In this document: positions 18,355 to 29,426 of the stretch, in pieces | Position numbering within the stretch: position 1 is the first letter of the stretch | Layout of the letters: each line of letters starts with the position of its first letter | Origin: Clostridia bacterium | GTDB taxonomy: Bacteria > Bacillota > Clostridia > CAKSNL01 > HGM11501 | Reading direction: 5' to 3' | Assembly: GCA_045123995.1 (NCBI GenBank) | Contig: JBGVKY010000014.1 | Span: 128,710 to 192,709, forward strand | Length of the DNA stretch: 64,000 nucleotides | Notes under the pieces: generated by a model | Told to the model about the DNA's origin: nothing | Database searches by the model: none | Seen by the model: only the letters and a program-made list of their open reading frames with translations | Made by a program: the position numbers and the translations under genes

Positions 18355-19601
18355 TTTTTATGAAAAAAAGTGAAGTTTTAAAAAACTTTTTAAGGTATAT
18401 AGTTCTTGCTATTTTAATCGGTGCAGTAAGCGGTATTACAGGTGCTGTTTTTCACCATCTGATTTCAAAGGTTACTGAAATAAGAGAGGGAAATTCTTTT
18501 ATACTCTGGCTCATGCCCATTGCGGCACTTTTGATAACTTTTATATATAAATTATCAAAAGAGAAACTTACAACCGATACTGTAATTTCGGGAGTAAGGG
18601 AAAACAAGTGGATTTCGCCGCTATTGGCTCCCTTTATTTTTGTGGCAACCGTACTCAGCCACCTTGTGGGTGCCAGCGTTGGCAGAGAGGGCGCAGCTCT
18701 CCAGATAGGCGGAGGTATAGGAAACAACCTTGGAAGACTTTTTAAGATCGATAAAGAAAAGGGAAGCTTTCTTACTGTTATGGGCATGAGCGGTGCTTTT
18801 TCTGCTATATTCACAACACCAGTAACAGCGGCAATCTTTGCTATAGAAGTTCTTTCTGTAGGACATATGCGATATTTTGAAATTTTCTTTTGTATGCTGT
18901 CGTCTCTTATAGCCTACGGAATCACGATACTTTTGGGGAATCACCCAATAGGTTTTGAAAACATAAAAAACATGCCTTTTGCTTTTGATGCGATTATAAA
19001 AACCCTGATAATCGCAGTATCTGCAGGGCTTTGTGCTAAGCTTTTCTGTTATGTTTTGAAAAGGAGCGAAAAAACGGCAGAAAGGATTTTTAAAAATTCT
19101 TATATAAGAGCTTTTTGCCTTGGTACGCTTTTAGTTTTAATAACTTTACTACTTGGGACCAGGATATATAACGGTGCCGGTATGGATGTGATAGAGCTTT
19201 GCCTTTCAGGAAACAATGAAGAAATTCTTTTATTTATGACAAAAACCACCCTCTTTGCATTTTTGATTAAAATGATAATGACAGGGATAAGCGTAGCTGC
19301 CGGATTTAAGGGAGGGGAGATTGTTCCTTCGTTTTTCATAGGAGCCACTTTAGGTGTGCTCCTTGGAATGATTTTGGGACTTGATTTATCCTTTTCGGCA
19401 TCATGTGCCATGCTGGTGCTTTTCTGTGGAATAACCAACTGTCCCATAGCTTCGCTTATTTTGGGAGTTGAGCTTTTCGGAGGAGAAAATTTATTGTATT
19501 TTGCTCTTTCAATAGGCATCGGTTTTATAGTATCAGGTAAAAAAGGAATTTACAAGGAACAAAGAATTGTATATTCCAAGTCTGATATTTCAAAGAATTG
19601 A
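18351..19601 (+). CDS. ClC-family voltage-gated chloride channel / H+-Cl- antiporter (short form, no CBS domains)
   Basis: GREGA selectivity motif, GGIG, and a GxFxP-like region (KGGEIVPSFF). Confidence 0.8.
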   Translation: MIFMKKSEVLKNFLRYIVLAILIGAVSGITGAVFHHLISKVTEIREGNSFILWLMPIAALLITFIYKLSKEKLTTDTVISGVRENKWISPLLAPFIFVATVLSHLVGASVGREGAALQIGGGIGNNLGRLFKIDKEKGSFLTVMGMSGAFSAIFTTPVTAAIFAIEVLSVGHMRYFEIFFCMLSSLIAYGITILLGNHPIGFENIKNMPFAFDAIIKTLIIAVSAGLCAKLFCYVLKRSEKTAERIFKNSYIRAFCLGTLLVLITLLLGTRIYNGAGMDVIELCLSGNNEEILLFMTKTTLFAFLIKMIMTGISVAAGFKGGEIVPSFFIGATLGVLLGMILGLDLSFSASCAMLVLFCGITNCPIASLILGVELFGGENLLYFALSIGIGFIVSGKKGIYKEQRIVYSKSDISKN

Positions 19602-19610
19602 GGAATTCGG

Positions 19611-20792
19611 ATGAAAAAGTATTCAATTACTCTTTATGCAAGCTACATAGGATATGTTGTGCAGGCACTTGTTATAAATTTTGCACCACTGCTCTTTGTT
19701 ACATTTTCAAATAACTACAATCTGAGCCTGGGAGATATAAGCACACTTATTGTGGTGAACTTTTTGGCACAGCTTACTATGGATTTAATGTCTGCAATAC
19801 TACTAGATAAATTTGGTTATAGGGTAAGTGCAGTTCTGGCTCATGCCTTTTCTTCCGTGGGCATAGCGTTATTGGCATTTTTGCCTGATATAACAAAAAA
19901 TCCCATGACGGGACTTTTGATATGCATGATTTTGGGCGGTATAGGCGGAGGTATTATAGAAGTAATTATAAGCCCCATAGTTGAAGCGTTGCCTACAAAA
20001 TCTAAATCCGCATCAATGAGTCTTCTTCATTCCTTTTATTCATGGGGACAGCTTTTGATTATTTTATTGTCAACTCTCTTTTTCTATACCGTGGGAATTA
20101 CAGAATGGAGAATGCTTGCTGTTCTTTGGGCAATAATACCCTTTATTAACGGAATTATATTTATCTTTGTTCCAATAATTCCTTTAATAAAAGAAGGGGA
20201 AAAGGGTCTTTCTATTAAAGAACTTTTCAGCATAAAAGTTTTCTGGATTTTCTTAATTGCTATGCTGGCAGGGGGAGCATCTGAACAGGCGATTATTCAA
20301 TGGACATCTGCTTATGCTGAAAAAAGTCTTGGACTCAAAAAGGCAGTGGGAGATCTTTTGGGACCCTGTATGTTTGCACTCCTTATGGGAATTTCAAGAG
20401 TATTTTATACATTATTTCACGAAAAAGTAAAGCTTTTAAGATACATGATAATTAGTGCAGCGGTTTTGATTGCTTCATGTCTTGTTGCAGCGTTGATTCC
20501 TAATCCATACATTTCTCTTATGGGATGTGCCTTATCAGGAATGGCCGTTGGAATTATGTGGCCAGGGATGTTAAGCCTGACCTCGAGATACATAAAAAAC
20601 GGAGGAACGGCACAGTTTTCCCTTTTGGCATTTTTCGGTGATTTAGGTTGTATTTCCGGTCCCGGAATTGTAGGATGGGTTTCGGAGGCAGCAGAGGGCG
20701 GAATAAGAACAGGATTCTTGTGGGCAACCATATTCCCGTTGATAATGCTTATAACATTGTTATTTATAAAAAAGCTTAAAAAAGGAAAATAA
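19611..20792 (+). CDS. MFS transporter
   Basis: 12-transmembrane hydrophobic profile with a GAGGA ribosome-binding site. Confidence 0.7.
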   Translation: MKKYSITLYASYIGYVVQALVINFAPLLFVTFSNNYNLSLGDISTLIVVNFLAQLTMDLMSAILLDKFGYRVSAVLAHAFSSVGIALLAFLPDITKNPMTGLLICMILGGIGGGIIEVIISPIVEALPTKSKSASMSLLHSFYSWGQLLIILLSTLFFYTVGITEWRMLAVLWAIIPFINGIIFIFVPIIPLIKEGEKGLSIKELFSIKVFWIFLIAMLAGGASEQAIIQWTSAYAEKSLGLKKAVGDLLGPCMFALLMGISRVFYTLFHEKVKLLRYMIISAAVLIASCLVAALIPNPYISLMGCALSGMAVGIMWPGMLSLTSRYIKNGGTAQFSLLAFFGDLGCISGPGIVGWVSEAAEGGIRTGFLWATIFPLIMLITLLFIKKLKKGK

Positions 20793-20793
20793 T

Positions 20794-21669
20794 ATGAAAC
20801 AGAAATTAAGACCAATTGTATATCTGATTATGGCGATACTTCTTCTTATAGGATACTACTCAAGGGAAGAAGAAAATATATTCGGAGAGAGAAATGAAAA
20901 TGCCTTATCGGTTTATTCTATAGATGTAGGACAGGCGGATTCAACATTTTTCGCATTTCCCTCCGGAGAAACTCTTTTGATAGATGCAGGCAATAAAGAG
21001 GACGGCAAAGAGGTAGTAGGATTTATTAAAAATCTGGGAATAGAAAAAATAGACTATGTCATAGCCACTCATCCTCACGAAGACCATATAGGAGGAATGG
21101 CTGATGTACTTGAATTTTTCGAAATTGGTAAGTTCTATATGCCTGATGCAATAAATACAACTGTTTATTATGAGGATATGCTTGATGTACTTACAGATAA
21201 AGAAATTGATTTTCAAATTGCAAAGGCAGGACTTTTAATAAAAGATGGGGAAGAAAAAATAGAAATTCTTTCGCCCAGGGAAAAGAAGTACGAAGATTTA
21301 AATCATTACAGCGTAGTTTCAAAGGTTACATACAAAGATACATCCTTTCTGATTACAGGGGATGCGGAAGCTGTAAACGAAAAAGAAATGATAAAAACTT
21401 TCAGAAATAAATTATCATCAGATGTTTTGAAAGTCGGCCATCACGGTTCGTCCACTTCAAGCACAGAAGAATTTATAAAGCTTGTTGACCCAAAAATCGC
21501 TGTGATTTCCGTAGGAAAAGATAATGATTACGGGCATCCACACAGGGAAACAAAAGCTACTTTTGAAAAGCTTGATATAGAAGTTTTAAGAACGGACGAG
21601 GTGGGAAGTATTTTAATAGAAAGCGACGGAAAAGAGCTTGATATTAAAACAGAAAGGCTGGTAGGATAA
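20794..21669 (+). CDS. MBL-fold metallo-hydrolase (ComEC/Rec2 C-terminal-domain-like), membrane-anchored
   Basis: N-terminal transmembrane segment; HPHEDHIGG metal-binding motif and GDAE. Confidence 0.7.
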   Translation: MKQKLRPIVYLIMAILLLIGYYSREEENIFGERNENALSVYSIDVGQADSTFFAFPSGETLLIDAGNKEDGKEVVGFIKNLGIEKIDYVIATHPHEDHIGGMADVLEFFEIGKFYMPDAINTTVYYEDMLDVLTDKEIDFQIAKAGLLIKDGEEKIEILSPREKKYEDLNHYSVVSKVTYKDTSFLITGDAEAVNEKEMIKTFRNKLSSDVLKVGHHGSSTSSTEEFIKLVDPKIAVISVGKDNDYGHPHRETKATFEKLDIEVLRTDEVGSILIESDGKELDIKTERLVG

Positions 21670-21670
21670 A

Positions 21671-21871
21671 ATGAAACTTACCGTTGACAGAATAGAAGAA
21701 GGGAAGCTGGTTTTAGTTTTTCCGGACGGAAAAATTAAGAATATGGATATTTCTTTTTGCCCCGGGGCGAAAGAAGGGGATATAATAGAGATTTCTATAT
21801 CTGATAAAGAGACAGAGAGTATAAAAGAAAGAATAAAAGAGAAACTCTCAAGAGTCAAATTTACAAAATAA
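21671..21871 (+). CDS. DUF3006-family small protein
   Basis: A 66-aa ORF (VDRIEEGKLVLVF.DG... PGAKEGDII) that commonly partners ComEC-like MBL genes. Confidence 0.5.
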   Translation: MKLTVDRIEEGKLVLVFPDGKIKNMDISFCPGAKEGDIIEISISDKETESIKERIKEKLSRVKFTK

Positions 21872-21885
21872 GACATAAATCTGAC

Positions 21886-21914
21886 TTGACAAGGATATCT
21901 ACGTGTGATAATAT
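21886..21914 (+). promoter_or_regulatory. sigma-A type promoter
   Basis: TTGACA, 17 nt, then TAATAT preceded by TGTGA. Confidence 0.5.
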
Positions 21915-21956
21915 AGTATTTGATACTATGTCTTGCGGAAAAACGGAGGGATATTG

Positions 21957-22628
21957 ATGGCTTTTGTCAAAAAATTCAACAATCAGTCGCTGGGGGAGGA
22001 AATAGCTAACGGAGTGTCCCATTGTGTGGGTGCACTTTTAGCAATAGCAGGAACGGCGGTGCTTATAGTGGCTGCGGCATTAAAAAGCAGCGCAATAGGT
22101 GTTGTAAGTGCCTCACTTTACGGAGCCAGTCTTATAATTATGTATTGCTTTTCTACATTGTATCATGCTATAACTAACGAAAAGGCAAAACGAGTACTTC
22201 GGATTTTTGATCATTGTTCAATATATCTTCTGATAGTTGGATCATACATCCCCATAAGCTTGGTAATGATAGGCAAGCTAAGCGGTAAGGTGGCTTTGGG
22301 TTGGACGATTTTCGGAATAAATGCGGCTTGCATGGTTATTGGAATCGTACTTAATGCTATAAATCTTGAAAAGTATAAAAAGATAACTCTTGCGCTGGAT
22401 ATTTTAATGGGATGGCTTATAATTTTTAGTATAAAATATGTCTGGGAACAAGTTCACCTGGGCGGAATGATTTATCTGGTGTCAGGAGGCCTTGCCTACA
22501 CTCTGGGCATAATTTTCTATAAAATTAAAAAGGTTAAATATATGCACTTTATATGGCATCTGTTTGTCCTAGGAGGAAGCATTGCCCATTATTTCTTTAT
22601 ACTTTTTTACTGCTTCCCTGAAATGTGA
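21957..22628 (+). CDS. hemolysin III family (PAQR / YqfA-like) membrane protein
   Basis: Seven-transmembrane PAQR pattern with conserved His (YHAIT, FDH, HYF). GGAGG ribosome-binding site. Confidence 0.8.
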   Translation: MAFVKKFNNQSLGEEIANGVSHCVGALLAIAGTAVLIVAAALKSSAIGVVSASLYGASLIIMYCFSTLYHAITNEKAKRVLRIFDHCSIYLLIVGSYIPISLVMIGKLSGKVALGWTIFGINAACMVIGIVLNAINLEKYKKITLALDILMGWLIIFSIKYVWEQVHLGGMIYLVSGGLAYTLGIIFYKIKKVKYMHFIWHLFVLGGSIAHYFFILFYCFPEM

Positions 22629-22630
22629 AA

Positions 22631-22676
22631 AAATAAAAAAATACTGTAACGGAAATTCGTTACAGTATTTTTTTTA
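22631..22676. terminator. bidirectional rho-independent terminator (hlyIII on +, icd on -)
   Basis: ATACTGTAACG / CGTTACAGTAT stem flanked by A8 and T8 runs. Confidence 0.75.
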
Positions 22677-23885
22677 CATCATTTTAGCAAGGCGGAGGTT
22701 AATTTCTTTTAAGAATTCTTCTGTGCCAACCTTTTTCTTTTCGGGAAGGGAGGAAAGGAGGTATAAATCTCCTGTCATGACACCCTCCTCGATAGTGTCG
22801 ATAGTCGCCTTTTCCAGATTATCGGCAAACTTAACAAGCGCAGGAAGATTATCAAGCTCACCGCGTTTACGAAGAGCACCTGTCCAAGCAAAGAGGGTTG
22901 CAACGCTATTGGTTGAGGTAGGCTCGCCCTTTAAGTGCTTGTAATAGTGTCTCTGCACAGTTCCGTGTGCCGCTTCGTATTCGTACACCCCGTCAGGAGA
23001 AACTAATACAGAGGTCATCATAGCAAGGCTTCCGTAGGCTGTTGCAACCATATCACTCATAACGTCGCCGTCATAGTTTTTGCAAGCCCAGATATATCCA
23101 CCCTCGGAACGGATTACTCTGGCAACCGCATCGTCTATAAGGGTGTAGAAATATTCAATTCCTGCTGCGTCAAATTTCTCTTTATATTCTTTTTCAAAAA
23201 TTTCATTAAAAATATCTTTGAAGCGATGGTCGTATTTTTTGGAGATGGTATCTTTTGTTGCAAACCATAAATCCTTTTTCATGTCAAGAGCAAAGTTAAA
23301 GCAACTTCTTGCAAAGCTTTCGATAGATTTATCGGTGTTGTGCATGCCCTGAATAATACCATCGGTATCACCGAAAGAATGTATCTTTTCTCTTACTTCA
23401 TTTCCATCCTTATCAACGGAAACAAGGTAAGCTTCAGTTCCTTCTTTAACCTGCATTTCGGTATTCTTATATACATCACCGTAAGCGTGACGGGCAATGG
23501 TGATGGGCTTTGTCCATGTGGGAATGTAAGGAGTAATTCCTTTTACAATAATGGGAGTTCTGAAAACGGTTCCGTCCAAAATAGCACGGATTGTTCCGTT
23601 AGGAGATTTCCACATTTCCTTTAAGTTATATTCGCCCATTCTTGCGGCATTGGGAGTGATTGTAGCACATTTTACTGCAACGCCGTATTTCTTTGTAGCC
23701 TCGGCTGAGTCTATTGTAACCTGATCGTTTGTTTCATTACGATAGGGAAGTCCTAAATCGTAATATTCTGACTTTAAGTCAACATAAGGGTAAATTAGAA
23801 TATCTTTTATCATCTGCCAGATAATTCTGGTCATTTCGTCGCCGTCCATTTCTACAAGCGGTGTAGTCATCTGAATTTTAGTCAT
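22674..23885 (-). CDS. icd: NADP-dependent isocitrate dehydrogenase, eukaryotic-type (~400 aa)
   Basis: IDH1-like sequence (TVFR.PI, GTVQRH..). AGGAGGA ribosome-binding site. Confidence 0.85.
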   Translation of the reverse strand: MTKIQMTTPLVEMDGDEMTRIIWQMIKDILIYPYVDLKSEYYDLGLPYRNETNDQVTIDSAEATKKYGVAVKCATITPNAARMGEYNLKEMWKSPNGTIRAILDGTVFRTPIIVKGITPYIPTWTKPITIARHAYGDVYKNTEMQVKEGTEAYLVSVDKDGNEVREKIHSFGDTDGIIQGMHNTDKSIESFARSCFNFALDMKKDLWFATKDTISKKYDHRFKDIFNEIFEKEYKEKFDAAGIEYFYTLIDDAVARVIRSEGGYIWACKNYDGDVMSDMVATAYGSLAMMTSVLVSPDGVYEYEAAHGTVQRHYYKHLKGEPTSTNSVATLFAWTGALRKRGELDNLPALVKFADNLEKATIDTIEEGVMTGDLYLLSSLPEKKKVGTEEFLKEINLRLAKMM

Positions 23886-23898
23886 GATAATCCTCCTA

Positions 23899-25827
23899 TC
23901 AGAAATTTTCCTTGGTATAGCTTAAAAGACCGCCGGCTAAAATAATTGCTTTTGCACGGTCACTTAATTCACACTTTATATTGATACTTTCGTTTCCGTT
24001 AATAGTAAGAACCAAATCCCTGCCCTCGGAAATAGAGGAAATAAGGTCTTTGATCAAAAGGGTATCGCCCTCTTTGATTTTGTCATAATCACTTTCATTT
24101 TCGAATGTGCAAGGTAAAATTCCGGCATTGATAAGATTTGAACGATGAATTCTTGCAAAGGATTTGGTTATAACTGCTTTAATTCCAAGATGCAAGGGAG
24201 CCAGAGCAGCGTGCTCTCTTGAAGAGCCTTGACCGTAGTTCGCACCGCCTACTATAATGCTTGCACCTAAGCTTTCTGCTCTTTCGGGGAAAGATTCGTC
24301 GCACGCGGTAAAGCAGAACTTTGATATAGCAGGAATGTTGGAACGCAAGGGGAGAATTTTTGCGCCTGCAGGCATAATATGGTCAGTTGTTATGTTGTCG
24401 CCGACCTTAAGGGAGCAGGGAGCTGAAATTTCGTCTTCAAGAGGGCTTGTTTTCGGGAAGGGTTTAATATTAGGACCTCTTAAAACTTCAACCTTGTGAG
24501 CATCATCGATAGATGCGGGAGGCTCAACCATATTGTCGTTTATCAAGAACTTTTTGGGAAGACGGAACTTAGGCATAGCGCCGAGTGTTCTGGGGTCTGT
24601 AAGTACACCTGTGATGGCGGAAATTGCCGCAACTTCGGGAGATACAAGATAAACCTGACCGTCTTTGGTGCCTGAACGGCCTTCAAAGTTACGATTGAAA
24701 GTACGAAGAGAAATACCTCCGGAATTTGGAGCCTGGCCCATGCCGATACAGGGACCGCATGCACTTTCCAAAATTCTTGCACCTGAAGCAATCATTTTTG
24801 ATAAAGCTCCGTTTTCGGAAAGCATATTAAGTACTTGCTTGGAGCCTGGAGCGATGGATAAAGAAACATCAGGATGAACGGTTTTACCGTCTAATATGTG
24901 GGCAACCTTAAGCATATCCAAAAGAGAGGAGTTTGTGCAGGAACCTATGCACACCTGATCTATTTTCATGGGACCGATTTCAGAAAGCGTCTTTACATTA
25001 TCGGGAGAATGAGGGCAAGCAGCAGAAGGTTCTATTTTGGATAAATCTATTTCTACTGTTTCATCGTACGTAGCATCAATATCTGCCGAAAGAGGAGTCC
25101 AACATTCAGCACGGCCCTGAGCTTTTAAAAATTCCTTTGTAATTAAGTCGGAAGGGAAGATAGAAGTTGTTGCACCAAGCTCTGCGCCCATGTTGGTGAT
25201 GGTGGCACGCTCAGGCACAGACAAGGTCTTGACACCCTCACCTGTGTATTCTATTACCTTACCTACACCGCCTTTAACAGAAAGGCGACGAAGAACCTCT
25301 AAAATAACGTCCTTTGCAGCACACCAGGGAGAAAGCTTCCCTGAAAGAATTACATTTACTACCTTTGGATAGGTTATGTAGTAAGCACCGCCACCCATGG
25401 CAACAGCCACGTCAAGGCCACCGGCACCTATGGCAATCATACCAAGGCCACCGCCTGTGGGAGTATGTGAATCGGAGCCGATTAAAGTCTTTCCCGGAAC
25501 ACCGAATCGCTCTAAGTGAACCTGATGACAGATTCCGTTGCCCGGACGGGAAAAATAGATTCCGTGTTTTTTGGCAACCGAACCTATAAAGCGGTGGTCG
25601 TCTGCATTTTCAAATCCGCTCTGGAGTGTGTTGTGATCTATGTATGCAACACTTCTTTCAGTTTTAACTCTGGGAACACCCATAGCTTCAAATTCAAGAT
25701 AAGCCATGGTTCCCGTAGCATCCTGAGTAAGTGTCTGGTCAATGCGAATGCCGATTTCACTGCCTTTTTCGGCAATTCCGTCAACAATATGAGCATTTAA
25801 GATTTTTTCTGTTAAAGTAAGTCCCAT
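23899..25827 (-). CDS. acn: aconitate hydratase (mitochondrial-type, ~640 aa)
   Basis: Aconitase motifs ([24 protein letters not shown]). Start placed at [10 protein letters not shown], which has a GGAAAGGA ribosome-binding site. Confidence 0.85.
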   Translation of the reverse strand: MGLTLTEKILNAHIVDGIAEKGSEIGIRIDQTLTQDATGTMAYLEFEAMGVPRVKTERSVAYIDHNTLQSGFENADDHRFIGSVAKKHGIYFSRPGNGICHQVHLERFGVPGKTLIGSDSHTPTGGGLGMIAIGAGGLDVAVAMGGGAYYITYPKVVNVILSGKLSPWCAAKDVILEVLRRLSVKGGVGKVIEYTGEGVKTLSVPERATITNMGAELGATTSIFPSDLITKEFLKAQGRAECWTPLSADIDATYDETVEIDLSKIEPSAACPHSPDNVKTLSEIGPMKIDQVCIGSCTNSSLLDMLKVAHILDGKTVHPDVSLSIAPGSKQVLNMLSENGALSKMIASGARILESACGPCIGMGQAPNSGGISLRTFNRNFEGRSGTKDGQVYLVSPEVAAISAITGVLTDPRTLGAMPKFRLPKKFLINDNMVEPPASIDDAHKVEVLRGPNIKPFPKTSPLEDEISAPCSLKVGDNITTDHIMPAGAKILPLRSNIPAISKFCFTACDESFPERAESLGASIIVGGANYGQGSSREHAALAPLHLGIKAVITKSFARIHRSNLINAGILPCTFENESDYDKIKEGDTLLIKDLISSISEGRDLVLTINGNESINIKCELSDRAKAIILAGGLLSYTKENF

Positions 25828-25914
25828 AAAAACTGTCCTTTCCAATAAAAAATAGAGTAATAGACAAAAAACTATCACTCTATTGTATCACAAAAACCTC
25901 ATTATGTCAATGAA

Positions 25915-26379
25915 TCAGAGGGAATATTCTGTGTCTTTGAAAAGATTTTCTGAGAGAATTGCATAACGTGCCAATTCGTCACAACGCTCGTTTTCAGCGT
26001 GTCCGTCATGGCCCTTTACCCAATGAAAGGTAACCTCATGCATTTCTAAAAGGGGAATAAGCTTTTGCCACAGGTCAACATTCAAAACCTTGCTTTTATC
26101 AGACTTTCTCCAACCCTTTTCCTGCCATGAGGAAAGCCAGCCCTTTAATATGGCGTCGGTAAGATATTTTGAATCACTGTATAAATCAACCAAGCAAGGC
26201 TCCTTTAATGCTTCCAGTCCCCTTATGGCTGCCAAAAGCTCCATCCTGTTATTGGTAGTAAGCATATAGCCCTCTGAAAATTCCTTTTCGTGGCCGTTAT
26301 ATTTAAGAATAACACCGAAACCGCCTTTTCCGGGATTACCCGAGCAGGCTCCGTCGGTAAAAAGTTCTACTTTTTTCAT
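25915..26379 (-). CDS. rnhA: ribonuclease HI
   Basis: DGACSGNPG, NRMEL and the HW.KGHDGH..NERCDELA signatures. Confidence 0.85.
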   Translation of the reverse strand: MKKVELFTDGACSGNPGKGGFGVILKYNGHEKEFSEGYMLTTNNRMELLAAIRGLEALKEPCLVDLYSDSKYLTDAILKGWLSSWQEKGWRKSDKSKVLNVDLWQKLIPLLEMHEVTFHWVKGHDGHAENERCDELARYAILSENLFKDTEYSL

Positions 26380-26383
26380 AAAA

Positions 26384-26956
26384 TCAATCCCTGAAAGTTA
26401 TTTGTCCGTCTTTTATTTCGTCGATTATGGCAAGGGATTCAAGACGTATTCCCATATCCCTGATTAGCTTGCCGCCTTCCTGGAAGCCTTTTTCGATGGC
26501 AATGCCGATACCCTCAAGTTTAGCACCGCTCTGATTAACAATATCCAAAAGTCCTTTAACCGCCTGCCCGTTAGCTAAAAAGTCATCAAGAATAAGAACT
26601 GTGTCTTTTTCGGATAAGTATTCCTTTGATACCCTTATCTGCCTGGAAACGCCTTTAGTATAAGAAAATACTTCAGCAGTATAGGCATCTGTGCATATGT
26701 TTTTGGGATTGCCCTTTTTTGCAAACACAACAGGGACATTAAATAAAAGTCCGGCAACGGCAGCGATAGCAATGCCCGAAGCCTCTGCTGTCAGTATTTT
26801 GGTTATTTTATCAGACGGGAAAAGGCGACGGAATTCCTTTCCCATTTCATAAAGAAGTGAAACATCAAGCTGATGATTCAAAAACATATCTACCTTTACA
26901 ATTCCACCGTCAAGCAAAAGGGCGGTATCCTTGATTTTTTCTTTCAGAAGCTCCAT
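26384..26956 (-). CDS. xpt: xanthine phosphoribosyltransferase
   Basis: MELLKEKI... VDMFLNHQ start and the PRPP-binding LILDDFLANG. Confidence 0.85.
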   Translation of the reverse strand: MELLKEKIKDTALLLDGGIVKVDMFLNHQLDVSLLYEMGKEFRRLFPSDKITKILTAEASGIAIAAVAGLLFNVPVVFAKKGNPKNICTDAYTAEVFSYTKGVSRQIRVSKEYLSEKDTVLILDDFLANGQAVKGLLDIVNQSGAKLEGIGIAIEKGFQEGGKLIRDMGIRLESLAIIDEIKDGQITFRD

Positions 26957-27021
26957 TAAAACAACCCCTCTCGTATTTTAATAATTATACCAAAAAAATG
27001 TAGAAAAAACAAGAGAAATAA

Positions 27022-27053
27022 TAAAAAAGTGCGGAAATTTCTTTCCGCACTTT
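27022..27053 (-). terminator. rho-independent terminator after serA (minus strand)
   Basis: GTGCGGAAA / TTTCCGCAC stem followed by T6 on the minus strand. Confidence 0.7.
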
Positions 27054-27056
27054 CCA

Positions 27057-28217
27057 TTATATAATTCTTACTTTAATAACACCATCAAGAGCTTCAATTT
27101 TGGAAATAAGCTCTGCATTGGGAGTGGAAGCTGTTTCAATCATTGTATAAGCAATATCTTTCTTGCTCTTATTTATGATGTTTTCGATGTTGAAAGAAGC
27201 ATCTGAGAAAATTGTAGTGAAGCTACTTATCATTGCAGGAACGTTTTTATGTATAATAGTCGTTCTCTTGAATCCTGAAGCGGGAAGCTCGCAATTGGGA
27301 AGATTAACAGAGTTTGAGATGTTTCCGTTTTCAAGGTAGTTTATAAGTTCCTTGCTTGCCATTATTGCACAGTTATCTTCAGATTCTTCGCTGGAAGCTC
27401 CAAGATGGGGGATACAGATTGTGTTTTTCATTCTTAAAACTTCTTCTGAGGGGAAGTCTGTTATATATGTTTTAATGGTTCCGCTTCCTATAGCAAAAGA
27501 AAGAGATTCTGTATCAACCAATTCTCCTCTTGCGAAGTTTAAGAGTCTCACTCCGTTTTTCATAGACTTGAAAAGGTCGGAATTGAAAATTCCTCTGGTA
27601 GAATCGTTAAGAGGCATATGAATTGTTATATAATCTGCTTCCTTAACTGCTTCTTCTAATGTAGAAGCAATCTGACATCTGGGGTCTAAGTGAAGAGCGT
27701 TACCTACAGAAAGGAAAGGGTCATATCCCACAACATGCATACCAAGACGATGTGCTGCATTTGCAACCATTGCCCCGATAGCACCGAGTCCTATAACACT
27801 TAAGGTTTTGCCTGAAATTTCGTTTCCTGCAAAATTGCCCTTACCTTTTTCAACCAAAGCGGGAACGTTGTCGCCTTCGCCGATTAAGGTCTTTGCCCAT
27901 TCGATGCCACCAACAACATCACGGGAAGCTAAGAAAAGAGCACCGATAACCAGTTCCTTAACTGCATTTGCATTTGCACCGGGAGTGTTAAAAACAACGA
28001 TACCCTTTTCTGTGCACTTGTCAATGGGAATATTATTCACCCCTGCACCGGCTCTTGCTACAGCCTTTAAGGACTCAGGAAGCTCCATGTCGTGCATTTT
28101 GAAGCTTCGGAGTATTATTCCATCGGGATTTTCCATAGAGTCGGAAATGGTGTAGTTTTCATTAAAGTTCTTAAGACCGCAGGCTGCAATCTTATTAAGA
28201 GTAAGAATATTGAACAT
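27057..28217 (-). CDS. serA: D-3-phosphoglycerate dehydrogenase (with C-terminal ACT domain)
   Basis: 2-hydroxyacid dehydrogenase NAD motif GLGAIG, the catalytic R/E/H, and an ACT tail. Start taken at MFNILTL. Confidence 0.85.
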   Translation of the reverse strand: MFNILTLNKIAACGLKNFNENYTISDSMENPDGIILRSFKMHDMELPESLKAVARAGAGVNNIPIDKCTEKGIVVFNTPGANANAVKELVIGALFLASRDVVGGIEWAKTLIGEGDNVPALVEKGKGNFAGNEISGKTLSVIGLGAIGAMVANAAHRLGMHVVGYDPFLSVGNALHLDPRCQIASTLEEAVKEADYITIHMPLNDSTRGIFNSDLFKSMKNGVRLLNFARGELVDTESLSFAIGSGTIKTYITDFPSEEVLRMKNTICIPHLGASSEESEDNCAIMASKELINYLENGNISNSVNLPNCELPASGFKRTTIIHKNVPAMISSFTTIFSDASFNIENIINKSKKDIAYTMIETASTPNAELISKIEALDGVIKVRII

Positions 28218-28239
28218 GTAAATCTGACCTTCTTTTAAA

Positions 28240-29322
28240 TTATTTATTTTCGCTTTCAAACTTCTTCATAAAGTCGATTAAGGCAACTACACCCTCCTTG
28301 GGCATAGCGTTGTATATGCTTGCACGCATACCACCAACAGAACGATGACCCTTAAGGTTTACGAAACCTGCCTTCTTGGACTCGGAAACGAATTTTGCAT
28401 CAAGATCTTCGTTGCCTGTGATGAAAGGAATGTTCATTAAGGAACGGTCCTTCTTCTCAACTGTTCCGCGGAAGAGAGAAGATGAGTCTAAGTAATCGTA
28501 GAAAAGCTGAGCCTTTTCTTCGTTTATCTTCTGCATAACAGAAATACCGCCCATATCACGAATCCACTCCAGTACAAGCTTGCAGATGTATATATTGTAA
28601 CAGGGAGGAGTGTTAAACATAGAACCGTTTTCAGAATGAGTAACGTAGTTAAACATTGTGGGAGTATTATCCATTGCGTTACCTAAAAGGTCATCACGGA
28701 TAATGGCGATTGTAAGACCTGCGGGAGCTACGTTTTTCTGAGCACCTGCATATAAAAGTCCGAAACGGGAGACATCAATCTTCTGAGATAAAATCATGGA
28801 AGAAATGTCTCCTACTAAAGGCACGTTGCCTGTATCAGGAATATCCACGTATCTTGTACCATAGATTGTGTTATTCATACAAATATGTACAAAGTCTGCC
28901 TCGGGGTCAAACATATCCTTTGACAATTCGGGAATGTATGAGAAAGTCTTATCGGCACTTGAAGCAACTTCTCTTGCCGCAAGGAATCGCTTGCCTTCTC
29001 CGTAAGCTTTTTTTGCCCACTGACCTGTAATTACATAATCAGCCTTTTTATTCTTGTTGCCTAAGTTCATGGGAACCATGGTGAACTGGCTTGAAGCACC
29101 ACCCTGGAGGAAAAGAACCTTATAGTTATCGGGAATTTCCATTACCTCACGGAGAAGTGCTTCGGCACCCTCGATAATGGGAGCATATTCCTTGGAACGA
29201 TGGCTCATTTCCATAACGCTCTGGCCTGTGCCTTCGTAGTTAAGCATTTCGCTTGCAGCCTTTTCCAGAACGGAAACAGGGAGCATGGAAGGTCCGGCCG
29301 AAAAATTGTAAACTCTGTCCAT
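28240..29322 (-). CDS. serC: phosphoserine aminotransferase
   Basis: MDRVYNFSAGPSMLP start and PLP-fold body; GGAGG ribosome-binding site 7 nt upstream of the ATG at 29322. Confidence 0.9.
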   Translation of the reverse strand: MDRVYNFSAGPSMLPVSVLEKAASEMLNYEGTGQSVMEMSHRSKEYAPIIEGAEALLREVMEIPDNYKVLFLQGGASSQFTMVPMNLGNKNKKADYVITGQWAKKAYGEGKRFLAAREVASSADKTFSYIPELSKDMFDPEADFVHICMNNTIYGTRYVDIPDTGNVPLVGDISSMILSQKIDVSRFGLLYAGAQKNVAPAGLTIAIIRDDLLGNAMDNTPTMFNYVTHSENGSMFNTPPCYNIYICKLVLEWIRDMGGISVMQKINEEKAQLFYDYLDSSSLFRGTVEKKDRSLMNIPFITGNEDLDAKFVSESKKAGFVNLKGHRSVGGMRASIYNAMPKEGVVALIDFMKKFESENK

Positions 29323-29426
29323 ATCAAAAACCTCCAAAATTAAATAAATACAAAATCAATATAGCATATAACTATAATGTTATAATTATAACAATAAAAA
29401 GATAGATAGTCAACACAAAAAAGCGA

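Noticed and set aside
22582-22944. Plus-strand 120-aa ORF overlapping the icd 3' end
   Set aside because: It is antisense to a well-conserved IDH coding region, runs through the bidirectional terminator, and has no ribosome-binding site.
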